Assembly (NCBI GenBank): GCA_964548515.1
Contig: CAZJSF010000004.1
Location: 1-37,558, forward strand
From: an uncultured Thermodesulfobacteriota bacterium
GTDB lineage: Bacteria > Desulfobacterota > Deferrisomatia > Deferrisomatales > JACRMM01
Direction of reading: 5' to 3'
DNA length: 37,558 nt
Shown here one piece after another: positions 1-10,204 of the stretch (position 1 is its first letter; the number at the start of each line of letters is the position of its first letter). Made by a program: the position numbers and the translations under genes. The notes below the pieces were generated by a model. The model saw nothing but the letters and a program-made list of their open reading frames with translations. It searched no databases and was not told the origin of the DNA.

Positions 1-700
1 CCATGCAGCGGGCCGCCTCCGTGCCGCGCAGGCAGCGCTCGCCCGGCCGGGTGCAGCGAACGGCGTATAGGGCGTCGGCTCCGTGCCCCCGCCGCTCCAG
101 GAGGCCGCAGACCTTGTCCAGGTTGCGGTACGACTTCATCACGACCACGTTCTCGGCGAGGTCCAGCGCCCTCTCCAGCCGCTCCACCCCCCTGGCGGCG
201 CTCACGACGGTCAGGCTCTCGTCTCCCTCGGCCAGGGGTTGGCAGGCGCGCGCCGCCGCCGCGGCGAAGGAGGTGACGCCGGGGACGACCTCCACCGGCA
301 CGGAGGGCTCCAGTTGCCTCAACTCGCGCAAGAGGTAGGTGAAGGTGGAGTAGGTCATCGGGTCGCCCAGGGTGAGGAATGCCGCCGTGGCCGGGCGGCG
401 CAGAACCTCGACCACCCGCTGCGCGTTGGCCCGGTGCGCCTCCCCGCTCTCCACTCCCTCGAAGGTGTGCTCGAAGGGCAGCGCGACGATCTCTTCGGTA
501 CCCGTCAGGTGCGGCCGGGCGATGTCGAGGGCGAGGCTCCTTCCGGAGCGGGCCTGGGCGGAGGTGAAGACCACGTCCACCTGCGCGAGGACCCTCGCGG
601 CCTTGAGCGTCAACAACTCCGGGTCGCCGGGGCCGACGCCGACCCCGTAGAGCGTGCCCGGGGAGGAGCGGGCCGGATCGGGTGTGCGTTGGGTCTTCAC
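1..700 (-). CDS. cbiL: Precorrin-2 C20-methyltransferase (CbiL/CobI-like tetrapyrrole methylase); 3' end runs off the window
   Basis: Absent from the ORF track because there is no stop in the window. Reverse-strand translation from GTG at 700 reads VKTQRTPDPARSSPGTLYGVGVGPGDPELLTLKAARVLAQVDVVFTSAQARSGRSLALDIARPHLTGTEEIVALPFEHT... About 233 codons stay open to the window edge. The LYGVGVGPGDPELLTLKA motif is the N-terminal SAM-binding signature of corrin/porphyrin methylases and is most like CobI/CbiL. The gene lies 10 nt downstream of the ABC-2 permease stop, behind a B12 riboswitch. Confidence 0.7.
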   Translation of the reverse strand, partial: MKTQRTPDPARSSPGTLYGVGVGPGDPELLTLKAARVLAQVDVVFTSAQARSGRSLALDIARPHLTGTEEIVALPFEHTFEGVESGEAHRANAQRVVEVLRRPATAAFLTLGDPMTYSTFTYLLRELRQLEPSVPVEVVPGVTSFAAAAARACQPLAEGDESLTVVSAARGVERLERALDLAENVVVMKSYRNLDKVCGLLERRGHGADALYAVRCTRPGERCLRGTEAARCM

Positions 701-710
701 GCGGTACCGT

Positions 711-1454
711 TCACGTCGACGCCCGCCGCACGCTCCAGACCGCCAGCGAGAAGAAGACGGCGCCGAACGCGGCCAGCACGGCCACGTTCACCCAGGGCAC
801 CGCCCGGCCCAGGGCGACCGCCCGGATCGAGAGGCTGGAGTGGGTCAGGGGCAGGGCCCATGCCGCGGTCTCCGCCCAGTGGGGCAGGCGGTCGAGCGGG
901 AAGAACGTGCCGCACAGGAACGACATGGGCACGATGAAGAAGGTGTTGATGTGCCCCTGGTCCGCGTGGCTGCGGACCACCATGGCCGCCACGACCGCCG
1001 CGGAGGCGAAGGCGAAGGTGTGCAGCCCGAAGAGAGCCAGCGCGGGGCCGGTCACCGGCAGCCTCACGCCGAAGAGGTAGCCCAGCCCGTAGACCGCGGC
1101 GGCCGCCGCGAGCCCCCGCAGCATGCCGTAGAGCACCTCGCCCAGCGCGATCTCCCAGGCCGCCACCGGCGCCATCTGGAACTCCTCGAAGATGCGCCAG
1201 TAGAAACGGGCGATGTTGATCTCCGTGGCCGCACCGTAACTCTGGGTCATGGCCGCCATGGTCGCGAGCCCCGGCAGCATGAAGGCGAGGTAGCCGACCC
1301 CGTCCATCTGGACGCTCCGGCCCACGCCGAGGCCGAAGACCACCAGAAAGAGGAGGGGGGATACCGTGTAGGAGGCCAGATGCTTCGTCCACCGGCGGCG
1401 GTAGATGCGAAGCTCGCGGTAGAGAACGCCGCGCACCCCGTTCAAACCGCTCAC
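711..1454 (-). CDS. ABC-2 type transporter permease
   Basis: This is the C-terminal 247 codons of ORF 711..2480(-): VSGLNGVRGVLYRELRIYRRRWTKHLASYTVSPLLFLVVFGLGVG... with six hydrophobic segments, typical of the ABC-2 (DrrB/NodJ-like) membrane family. The GTG start at 1454 overlaps the ATPase stop (GTGA), which suggests translational coupling. The upstream part of the long ORF is an out-of-frame artefact over the ATPase gene. Confidence 0.85.
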   Translation of the reverse strand: MSGLNGVRGVLYRELRIYRRRWTKHLASYTVSPLLFLVVFGLGVGRSVQMDGVGYLAFMLPGLATMAAMTQSYGAATEINIARFYWRIFEEFQMAPVAAWEIALGEVLYGMLRGLAAAAAVYGLGYLFGVRLPVTGPALALFGLHTFAFASAAVVAAMVVRSHADQGHINTFFIVPMSFLCGTFFPLDRLPHWAETAAWALPLTHSSLSIRAVALGRAVPWVNVAVLAAFGAVFFSLAVWSVRRAST

Positions 1455-2350
1455 GGGGTCACCTTCCGGCCCGTTCGCGCGAGGAACAGGTCCTCCAGAT
1501 TGGCGCGCCGCAGGGCGGCGCCCTCGCCCGCGCGGCGCAGGAAGGCCAGGGCGGTCTCCCTCGAAGGGAAGAACCGGGTGCCCGTCCCTTCCGGGCCGGG
1601 GACGTCGACCGCGTGCTCGCCCAGGTTCTCGATCATGTCCCGGGGTTGTCCCTCCTCGATCAGCCTCCCCTCGTGGAGGATGCCGACCCGGTGACAGAGG
1701 AACTCCGCCTCCTCGATGTAGTGGGTCGTCAGGAGCACGGTCACCCCGCCCCGGTTCACCGAGCGGATGAGGTCCCACAGGCGCCGGCGGGACGAGGGGT
1801 CGAGTCCCACGGTGGGCTCGTCCAGGAACAGGATGGACGGGCGATGGAGGAGGGCGCGCAGGATGGTGACCCGCCGCTTGAGTCCGCCGGAGAGGGTCCG
1901 GGCGAGGCTCCCCTCTCGATCCTCGAGGCCGCCGAGGCGCAGCAGTTCCTCCACGCGGAGCCGCCGCTGGGTGCGGGGCATTCCGTGGAGGATGCCGTGG
2001 AGTTGGAGGCTCTCCCCCACCGTCAGGTCCGGGTCCAGGTTCACGTGCTGGCTCACCACCCCGAAGGCGGCCTTTGCCGCGACCGGGTCGCGGGTGACTT
2101 CGGCTCCGGCCACCTGCGCCGTGCCCGCGTCCGGACGGGTCAGTCCGGTGAGCACCCGGATGGTGGTGGTCTTGCCCGCACCGTTGGGGCCCAGGAACCC
2201 GTAGATCTCGCCGCCGCGCACGGCCAGGTCGAGGCCGTCCAGCGCCCGGAGGCCGCCGTAGGTCTTCACGAGGCCGCTCGTGAGGACCGCGGCTTCGCAC
2301 TCGGGAACGAAGCTGGGCTGCGGGACCTGCAACGGAAGGGGTGGGGTCAC
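1451..2350 (-). CDS. ABC transporter ATP-binding protein (DrrA/CcmA-type partner of ABC-2 permeases)
   Basis: 299 aa with Walker A GPNGAGKTT, signature LSGGLKRR and Walker B ILFLDEPT. GTG start at 2350 is preceded by GGGAGAG (4 nt spacer). Confidence 0.9.
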   Translation of the reverse strand: MTPPLPLQVPQPSFVPECEAAVLTSGLVKTYGGLRALDGLDLAVRGGEIYGFLGPNGAGKTTTIRVLTGLTRPDAGTAQVAGAEVTRDPVAAKAAFGVVSQHVNLDPDLTVGESLQLHGILHGMPRTQRRLRVEELLRLGGLEDREGSLARTLSGGLKRRVTILRALLHRPSILFLDEPTVGLDPSSRRRLWDLIRSVNRGGVTVLLTTHYIEEAEFLCHRVGILHEGRLIEEGQPRDMIENLGEHAVDVPGPEGTGTRFFPSRETALAFLRRAGEGAALRRANLEDLFLARTGRKVTP

Positions 2351-2398
2351 GGGGCTCTCCCTGGACGGCGAGGTTCGGACGCGGGACCCGAGACGGAC

Positions 2399-2426
2399 GA
2401 AGCCCGCTCCTGCCGGAGCGGGCTTC
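2399..2426 (-). promoter_or_regulatory. Strong 12-bp hairpin in the riboswitch expression platform (possible attenuator)
   Basis: GAAGCCCGCTCC-(4 nt loop)-GGAGCGGGCTTC lies between the B12 aptamer and the ATPase start. On the minus (sense) strand it lacks a clear U tract, so the mechanism (termination versus RBS occlusion) is unresolved. Confidence 0.4.
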
Positions 2427-2504
2427 CCGTTTTCGAAGCTCTTTCGCGGTTCCGACGCCGCCGGCCGCGCGGGCGCACATCGGACAAGTCCTCCGGCAGG
2501 TCTT

Positions 2505-2660
2505 CTGGCTCGCGAGTCGTCCTCGGGGCCGCCTTCCCAGCCTACGGCCAGTGGCGTCTCGGCCCTTTGTCGTCGCTCACAGCGGCGGGTCCGCGGGGGA
2601 TTTCCACCCCACTTCCCTTTTCAGCCCGTAGCCGGGCACCGGGGGCATCGCATATTCGGT
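2505..2660 (-). promoter_or_regulatory. Cobalamin (B12) riboswitch aptamer
   Basis: The minus strand reads GGTGCCCGGCTACGGGCTGAAAAGGGAAGTGGGGTGGAAATCCCCCGCGGACCCGCCGCTGTGAGCGACGACAAAGGGCCGAGACGCCACTGGCCGTAGGCTGGGAAGGCGGCCCC. It contains the conserved AGGGAA, GGTG-AAATCC and GCGG-CCCGCC-CTGT elements, the B12 box GCCACTG (2549..2555) and the closing GGGAAGGC (2531..2538), in the canonical order. It sits in the 5' leader of the ABC/cbiL operon. Confidence 0.88.
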
Positions 2661-2669
2661 TGTGGCGCT

Positions 2670-2699
2670 CTCTTACGCCGCCGCCGCGTCCCGTGTCAA
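2670..2699 (-). promoter_or_regulatory. Candidate sigma70 promoter for the riboswitch-led operon
   Basis: Minus strand: TTGACA (2699..2694), 18 nt spacer, TAAGAG (2675..2670). The -35 is perfect but the -10 is weak. Confidence 0.35.
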
Positions 2700-2753
2700 C
2701 GGTGGCTTTGGCGCAGGCAGCAACCGGTGCACGCGGCAGCAGGGGAGCCCGCG

Positions 2754-3962
2754 CTAAGCCAGGAAGGACCGGGCGAGGGCGCCCGCCGAGAACACGTGTT
2801 TCGGGTCTTCCCGGGCCGCGAGCATCCGGCCGGCGGCCGTGCGGAAGCGAGGGCTGCGAACCGCGCGCCAGGCGAGCAGGTCGCACAGGGGCGGCACCGA
2901 GAGCCATGCCTGGGCCCGCCCGTATCCCCGGTGCCGCAGGGCGAGCCTTTCCCTCAGGCGGCGCGGATAAGCGAGCAGCACCGAGAGGTCGTCCCGCTCC
3001 AGCGCGTCCGCGGCCAGGTCTCCGGCGAGGTCCCCGCTCTCCAGCGCGGTCCCCACACCCTCGCCGGTGAAGGGCAGGGTGGTTCCGAGCGCTTCTCCCG
3101 CGACCAGGATCCGGGGTGCCGGCCGGGCATCCACGGGGCTACCGAGCCCGCAGCGCAGGGGCGCCCCGCGCAAGGGAGAGACGAAGGAGCCGTGGGCGAG
3201 CAGTTCCCGGGCGGGCGGGATGGAGTCCACGAACCGGTGGAACGCACGGGAGAGGTCGGTCTTCCTGCCCCCGAGGAACAGGCCGCACCCGACGTTGAAC
3301 GACCCGTTCCCGAGAGGGAAGATCCAGCCATAACCCGGCAGCACCGCGCGGTCGTAGGAGACCAGCATCGCCTCGGGGCCCTTCTTCGCGCGCACGTATC
3401 GCCGCACGGCCACGGCCTGGGGCTTCCGGGGAGGCGCGGCCAGGCCGGCCCGGCGGACGCGGTGCAGCCGGGCGCCGGTGGCCCAGATCACCAGCCGGGC
3501 CTCCACCGGGTCCGGTTCCCCCCGGAGCCGGAGCCTGGTTCGTGCGGGGCCGCCCGCGTCGAGGTCTACGACGTCGCCGTGGGCGAAAACGGCCCCCGCG
3601 GAAGCCGCGCCGGTGGCCAGCAACGCGTCGAGTTCGCGCCGTGGAAGGGTGAGGAAGTCGCCGGGAATGTCCGCGGCGATCCGTCGCGGGCTCCACAGCT
3701 GGAGCGTGTCCCAGCGGCGGCCGAGCCCCCGAACCGCCTCGCCGAGCCCCAGGCGGTCGAGCGCGGAGAGGGCGTCGGGCAGGATGCCGTCGCCGCACAC
3801 CTTCTCCCGGGGGAAGGCGTCGCGGTCGAGGAGGAGGGCGTGGTACCCTCGGGCGGCCGCGCGGAGGGCTGCAGCGGCCCCGGCGGGCCCCGCTCCCACC
3901 ACGGCGACGTCCCAGGTGCGGCGGGGCAGTTGCCCCGCGGGAATCTGACGCGATCGGCTCAT
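2754..3962 (-). CDS. FAD-dependent oxidoreductase, geranylgeranyl reductase family
   Basis: ORF 2754..4091(-) trimmed to ATG 3962 (MSRSRQIPAG...), which is preceded by GGGGGAAG. It has the dinucleotide-binding motif DVAVVGAGPAGAAAAL, then CGDG and GWIFP, and a C-terminal GEA-G-PFTGEG-G motif typical of GGR/FixC-like flavoproteins. 402 aa. Confidence 0.8.
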   Translation of the reverse strand: MSRSRQIPAGQLPRRTWDVAVVGAGPAGAAAALRAAARGYHALLLDRDAFPREKVCGDGILPDALSALDRLGLGEAVRGLGRRWDTLQLWSPRRIAADIPGDFLTLPRRELDALLATGAASAGAVFAHGDVVDLDAGGPARTRLRLRGEPDPVEARLVIWATGARLHRVRRAGLAAPPRKPQAVAVRRYVRAKKGPEAMLVSYDRAVLPGYGWIFPLGNGSFNVGCGLFLGGRKTDLSRAFHRFVDSIPPARELLAHGSFVSPLRGAPLRCGLGSPVDARPAPRILVAGEALGTTLPFTGEGVGTALESGDLAGDLAADALERDDLSVLLAYPRRLRERLALRHRGYGRAQAWLSVPPLCDLLAWRAVRSPRFRTAAGRMLAAREDPKHVFSAGALARSFLA

Positions 3963-4050
3963 CCGAACCACTTCCCCCACCTCTCGGATCGCGCGGCGAC
4001 AACTGCTTACCACAGTCGGGGCGGTCCCGCGAGGGGAGCGAGGCGACTCC

Positions 4051-4944
4051 TTGGTCTTCGTCGACATCCTCCTGCCGATCTTCCTGGTCATCGGGGCCGG
4101 CTACCTGTTCTCCCGGACGCTCCGGCCCGTCCTCGAACCCCTGACCCAGTTCGCGCTCTTCCTGGCCACGCCGGCCCTGGTGTTCGATGCCCTGGTCCGG
4201 AATCCGGTGCCGCTCTCCGCGCTCGGCCGCGTCATGGTCCTCATGCTCCTGTACACGGCGGTCCTCTGGGCGCTCGCCGAACTCGTCGCCCGGGTGCTCC
4301 GGCTCGACGGGGGTATGCGCAGAGCCTTCGTGCTGGCGACGGTGCCGATGAACGTTGGGAACTACGGGCTTCCCCTCGTACGGTTCGCCTTCGGGCCGGA
4401 GTCCCAGCCGTTCTCCGTGCTCGTCTTCGTCGTCTTCAACCTGCCGCTGGCCACGTGGGCCATCTGGATGGCGGCGGGCGGGACCCTCTCCTCGCTGAAG
4501 GGGCTGGGGGCGACTTTGAAGATCCCCATCTTCCACGCGACCATCCTGGCGTTCGCCGTGACGGCCTGGGGATTGGCCGTCCCCGCACCGGTGGCGAAGG
4601 GCGTCGGCCTTCTCGGGCAGGCGGCGATCCCGGTTCTCCTCGTGGTTCTCGGGATGCAGCTCCAACGGACGCGGATCGAGAGCTTCCGCCCGAGTCTCCT
4701 CGCCGCCCTGGGCTTGCGGCTCGCCGTGAGCCCGGCCGTGGCTTGGGCGCTGTGCGGGCTGCTGGGTTTCGCGGGGCTCGAGAGGAACATAGCGGTCCTG
4801 CAGACCGCCACGCCGTCCGCGGTGCTCACCCTCCTGTACGCGCTCCGGTTCGGGTGCGAGCCCCGATGGCTCGCCTCGTGCATCTTCGTCACCACGCTGG
4901 CCTCCGCCGCGTCCCTCTCCGTGGTGCTGGCGCTGCTGCTCTGA
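4051..4944 (+). CDS. AEC (auxin efflux carrier) family transporter
   Basis: 297 aa polytopic membrane protein. The N-terminus [18 protein letters not shown] and the C-terminal half (QTATPSAV...) are typical of the AEC/Mem_trans family. The TTG start is preceded by GGGGAGCGAGG; the exact start is uncertain. Confidence 0.8.
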   Translation: MVFVDILLPIFLVIGAGYLFSRTLRPVLEPLTQFALFLATPALVFDALVRNPVPLSALGRVMVLMLLYTAVLWALAELVARVLRLDGGMRRAFVLATVPMNVGNYGLPLVRFAFGPESQPFSVLVFVVFNLPLATWAIWMAAGGTLSSLKGLGATLKIPIFHATILAFAVTAWGLAVPAPVAKGVGLLGQAAIPVLLVVLGMQLQRTRIESFRPSLLAALGLRLAVSPAVAWALCGLLGFAGLERNIAVLQTATPSAVLTLLYALRFGCEPRWLASCIFVTTLASAASLSVVLALLL

Positions 4945-5047
4945 TCGCACGGGTCCCCGGCCCCGGGGATTGGAGTTCGCTGTTGCGCCGGGGGCCTCCC
5001 CAGGAGTACAACTCCGCCCTTTTCCCCGCGAGAACCGAGGACGCCCG

Positions 5048-6868
<1,821 letters not shown>

Positions 6869-6999
6869 AACGGGTGCAACGGCCTGAAACGTGGGGCGTG
6901 GGGGAGTGGTTCGCGCGGAGCCCGCGGAGGCCCGAAGGGTGTGTTGAAACCCTTTGAAAGACGGGGTTTCTCCGGCGTGCGCGGGAGCTGGTGCGGGTA

Positions 7000-7014
7000 T
7001 TTCAGGGCCTGAAA
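7000..7014. promoter_or_regulatory. Perfect 6-3-6 inverted repeat TTTCAG-GGC-CTGAAA (candidate operator) abutting the -35 box
   Basis: Read directly from the sequence. It ends 4 nt upstream of the TTGACA at 7019. The half-site CTGAAAC recurs at 6865..6871 and 6884..6890, and as TTGAAAC at 6944..6950. Confidence 0.4.
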
Positions 7015-7018
7015 CACC

Positions 7019-7047
7019 TTGACACCCCGGGGGGCGTCTCCTATCAT
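7019..7047 (+). promoter_or_regulatory. Sigma70-type promoter of the cytochrome/FeS/NrfD operon
   Basis: TTGACA (7019..7024), exactly 17 nt spacer, TATCAT (7042..7047). It lies about 130 nt upstream of ATG 7180. Confidence 0.65.
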
Positions 7048-7179
7048 CCCGCCTTCCGTACGTCTGCGGGCCCTTCCTCATTCCCCCAGGGCGGCAGTTC
7101 TCGCTGCAGGCCCGCCGGATGCCCGCTCGCGCACTACCGCAGCACCCCTATCTAAGGCAGTCGAGGAGGATGACCGGTC

Positions 7180-7752
7180 ATGAGACGAGCCTGGGTTCTC
7201 GCCGCCGTTCTTGTTTGTCTGTGCTCGTGGCAGGGCAGGGCCGCAGCGTCGGAGGAGTTTCCCGTGCCGCCGCCGCCCCTGAGCGACGAGTACTATCCGT
7301 GTGCAGAGAACTGCCACAACGACCTCACGACGAACCCGACGCCGCGCAAGCTCGAGGACGAGCACACCGACATCGAACTGCACCACGCCGAGCAGTTCCG
7401 CTGGTGCCTGGATTGCCACGACGCGAAGAACCGCGACAAGCTGCACCTGCAGAGCGGCGAGAAGCTCGACTTCTCCGAGTCCTACCGACTGTGCGGCCAG
7501 TGCCACGGGGACAAGTACCGGGACTGGAAGAAGGGGATCCACGGCAAGCGCACGGGGATGTGGAACGGGAAGAAGGAGTATCTGCTCTGCGCCCACTGCC
7601 ACAACCCGCACGACCCCAAGTTCGTGTTGCAGGCGGCTCCCGAGGCGTTCCCCGGGAGCGTGGACCGCAAGCCCGAACCGCCGCCGCTGGTGCCCGGGAC
7701 GGGAACCCTGCCGTCACAGGCCGCGCCCCATGGCGAGCCGAAGGGACACTGA
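7180..7752 (+). CDS. Periplasmic tetraheme cytochrome c
   Basis: 190 aa with signal peptide MRRAWVLAAVLVCLCSWQGRAAAS. There are four CXXCH motifs (CAENCH, CLDCH, CGQCH, CAHCH) and a Pro-rich C-terminal tail. RBS GAGGAGGA lies upstream. Confidence 0.9.
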   Translation: MRRAWVLAAVLVCLCSWQGRAAASEEFPVPPPPLSDEYYPCAENCHNDLTTNPTPRKLEDEHTDIELHHAEQFRWCLDCHDAKNRDKLHLQSGEKLDFSESYRLCGQCHGDKYRDWKKGIHGKRTGMWNGKKEYLLCAHCHNPHDPKFVLQAAPEAFPGSVDRKPEPPPLVPGTGTLPSQAAPHGEPKGH

Positions 7753-7791
7753 GAGATCGCCCGCAAGGGATGACGCGAGGAGATAGGGCCG

Positions 7792-8736
7792 ATGGCTGAG
7801 CAAGAGAATAAGGTCGAGACGGTGGAGCCCCGGCAGGCGAGCCGGCGGAAGTTCCTCAAGGGCCTGGCCGCCGGCGCGGCGGCGGCGAGCGTGCCCGTCA
7901 AGGCGCTGGCGCAGGGGGGAGGGTTCCTGACCTACGGTTCCTGGGAGGAGTATTTCCAGAAGAACTTCCTGGAGATGACGCCCGAGGAGAAAGAGGTCGT
8001 CCTGCGGCGCTTCGAGCAGAAATACACGGCCCAGTACGGGAAGAAGGTCACGGTCAAGGGAACCCCGGCCATGGAGAACGTGGTCTTCGGGTACGCGCTG
8101 GACCTGAACCGCTGCATCGGGTGCCGGCGCTGCGCCTACGCCTGCGTGGAGGAGAACAACCAGTCCCGGGAGAAGGAGCAGATCCACTACATCAAGGTGC
8201 TGCGCTTCGAAGACGGGGTGATGGAGTTCGAGCAGTCGGATCGGTACTACGACCCGAAGGAGGTTCCGGAGCCCGGGCACTACTACATGCCGGTGCAGTG
8301 CCAGCACTGCCGGAAGGCGCCGTGCGTGAAGGCGTGCCCGGTGAAGGCCACCTGGACCGAGCCGGACGGCATCGTGGTCGTCGACTACAACTGGTGCATC
8401 GGCTGCCGGTACTGCATGGCGGCGTGCCCCTACGAGGGGCGGAACTTCAACTGGTCCGACCCGGTTCTCTCGCCGGACGAGATGAACCCCGAAACCCACT
8501 ACCTGGGCAACCGGCCGCGCATGCGGGGCGTGGTGGAGAAGTGCACGTTCTGCGTCCAGCGAAGCCGCGAAGGCCGCTACCCGGCCTGCGTGGAGATCTG
8601 CCCGGTCGGCGCCCGGAAGTTCGGCAACCTCCTCGACCCCGAGTCGGAGATCCGCTACATCCTGGAGAACAAGCGGGTGTTCCGGATCAAGGAGGACCTG
8701 CTGACGGAGCCCAAGTTCTTCTACTTCTTCGGTTAG
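7792..8736 (+). CDS. Tat-exported 4Fe-4S ferredoxin-type subunit (NrfC/PsrB/HybA-like)
   Basis: 314 aa with twin-arginine signal SRRKFLKGLAAGAAAASVPVKALA. Cys clusters are CIGCRRCAYAC, CQHCRKAPCVKACP, CIGCRYCMAACP and CTFCVQR...CVEICP. Confidence 0.9.
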   Translation: MAEQENKVETVEPRQASRRKFLKGLAAGAAAASVPVKALAQGGGFLTYGSWEEYFQKNFLEMTPEEKEVVLRRFEQKYTAQYGKKVTVKGTPAMENVVFGYALDLNRCIGCRRCAYACVEENNQSREKEQIHYIKVLRFEDGVMEFEQSDRYYDPKEVPEPGHYYMPVQCQHCRKAPCVKACPVKATWTEPDGIVVVDYNWCIGCRYCMAACPYEGRNFNWSDPVLSPDEMNPETHYLGNRPRMRGVVEKCTFCVQRSREGRYPACVEICPVGARKFGNLLDPESEIRYILENKRVFRIKEDLLTEPKFFYFFG

Positions 8737-8747
8737 AGGTGAGCGCG

Positions 8748-9989
8748 ATGAACACTCTGGCAGAGTTTCTCGTCGGGACCTTCGTCCTGGTCTTCCGAGG
8801 AGGGAAGAAGTACTACGCGTGGATGGCCTCCCTGGCGGTGATCGCCCTGGTGGGGCTCGGCGCGTGGCTGTACCAGCTCGACCACGGGCTGATCATAACC
8901 GGCATGCGCGACCCGGTGAGCTGGGGCCTCTACATCGCCAACTTCACCTTCCTGGTCGGCGTGGCCGCCGCGGCGGTCCTCCTCGTCATCCCCGCCTACA
9001 TCTACAAATGGGGGCCCATCAAGGAGATCGTGCTGCTGGGCGAACTCCTGGCCGTGGCCGCCATCGCGATGTGCCTGATGTTCGTGACCTTCGACCTGGG
9101 GCACCCCGAGCGGTTCTGGCACCTGATCCCGGGGGTGGGCATCCTGAACTTCCCGATCTCGATGCTCTCGTGGGACGTCGTGGTGCTCAACGTCTACCTG
9201 ATGGTCAACCTGGTGGTGCCCGTCTACATCCTGTACAACGCCTATCAGGACCGGGAGCCGAACTACAAGATCCTCTGGCCGCTGATCATCTTCTCGATCC
9301 CGGCTGCCGTGTCCATCCACACCGTGACGGCCTTCCTGTACAACGGCTTTCCCAGCCGCCCGTTCTGGAACGCCTCGATCCTGGCCCCGCGGTTCCTCGC
9401 GTCGGCCTTCTGCTCGGGGCCGAGCTTCATCATCCTCGCCTTCCAGATCATCCGGAAGAACACGTCGATCCACATCCAGGACCGGGCCATCTTCAAGCTC
9501 GCGGAGATCGTCGCCTACGCCATGGGGATCAACCTCTTCCTCCTGATCGCCGAGCTCTTCAAGGAGTACTACGGGGGCACGGTCCACCTGGCCCCGATGC
9601 AGTTCCTGTTCGAGGGGCTCCACGGCCACAACGACCTCGTGCCCATCATCTGGACCGCGGTCGTGTTCAACGTGACGGCGTTCATCCTGTTCCTCAACCC
9701 GAAGACCCGCGAGAACTTCCTCACCCTGAACCTCGGGTGCGTCCTCACCTTCATCGGCGTCTGGATCGAGAAGGGCCCGGGGCTCATCGTTCCCGGCTTC
9801 GTCCCGTCGCCCCTCGGGGAGATCTGGTCGTATTGGCCGACCCTGCCGGAAGTCCTCATCACGCTCGGAATCTGGGCGATCGGCCTGATGATCTACACCC
9901 TGCTCCTCAAGGTGGCGATCCCGATCGAAGTGGGGGAGTTCCGTCAGATCAAGGATCGCCTCCGCGGGATCGTGACCGAGCGGAGCTGA
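8748..9989 (+). CDS. NrfD/PsrC-family polytopic membrane quinone-interacting subunit
   Basis: In-frame C-terminal part of ORF 8121..9989, from ATG 8748 (GAGGTGAG upstream). 413 aa and highly hydrophobic: MNTLAEFLVG...PVSWGLYIANFTFLVGVAAAAV...HPERFWH... These are NrfD-like features. It follows the FeS gene by 11 nt. Confidence 0.85.
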   Translation: MNTLAEFLVGTFVLVFRGGKKYYAWMASLAVIALVGLGAWLYQLDHGLIITGMRDPVSWGLYIANFTFLVGVAAAAVLLVIPAYIYKWGPIKEIVLLGELLAVAAIAMCLMFVTFDLGHPERFWHLIPGVGILNFPISMLSWDVVVLNVYLMVNLVVPVYILYNAYQDREPNYKILWPLIIFSIPAAVSIHTVTAFLYNGFPSRPFWNASILAPRFLASAFCSGPSFIILAFQIIRKNTSIHIQDRAIFKLAEIVAYAMGINLFLLIAELFKEYYGGTVHLAPMQFLFEGLHGHNDLVPIIWTAVVFNVTAFILFLNPKTRENFLTLNLGCVLTFIGVWIEKGPGLIVPGFVPSPLGEIWSYWPTLPEVLITLGIWAIGLMIYTLLLKVAIPIEVGEFRQIKDRLRGIVTERS

Positions 9990-10012
9990 GCCGCGCGCGT
10001 CTGCCGCATCGC

Positions 10013-10044
10013 GAAGGGGTCCCTCGGGGCCCCTTCCGCTTTTT
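10013..10044 (+). terminator. Rho-independent terminator after the NrfD-like gene
   Basis: GAAGGGG(t)CCC-tcg-GGG-CCCCTTC stem followed by CGCTTTTTC. Confidence 0.7.
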
Positions 10045-10094
10045 CGGGATGGGGGTGCAGGGCCCCGGTCGGCCCGCTGCGGCGGGCTTTCGCC

Positions 10095-10124
10095 TTGAAA
10101 TGCCGAAAGGGCCTTGACTATGAT
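10095..10124 (+). promoter_or_regulatory. Sigma70-type promoter for the lipoprotein/mla operon
   Basis: TTGAAA (10095..10100), 18 nt spacer, TATGAT (10119..10124). It lies about 80 nt upstream of ATG 10205. Confidence 0.5.
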
Positions 10125-10204
10125 CGCCCCCCGCGGCCGGCCGGGTGGAGGCCCCGCGGCCGCTTGACTTCGTTTCGCTCCACTTTGTTTCGGGGAGGTC
10201 GGCG

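Noticed and set aside
2399-2440. A hairpin plus GTTTT run that looks like a plus-strand intrinsic terminator.
   Set aside because: No plus-strand gene lies upstream of it, since the region is antisense to the ABC operon. It is more parsimoniously part of the minus-strand riboswitch expression platform.
6988-7006. A possible sigma54 promoter (TGGtgc-N5-tTTCA) upstream of the cytochrome operon.
   Set aside because: The -12 element lacks the conserved GC dinucleotide. A near-consensus sigma70 promoter lies 15 nt downstream.
7119-7799. An alternative ATG at 7169 directly after the AGGAGG, which opens a 226-aa overlapping frame.
   Set aside because: The ATG abuts the Shine-Dalgarno sequence with no spacer. 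The product is Arg/Pro-rich with no signal peptide or heme motifs. The frame from ATG 7180 gives a clean signal peptide and four CXXCH motifs.
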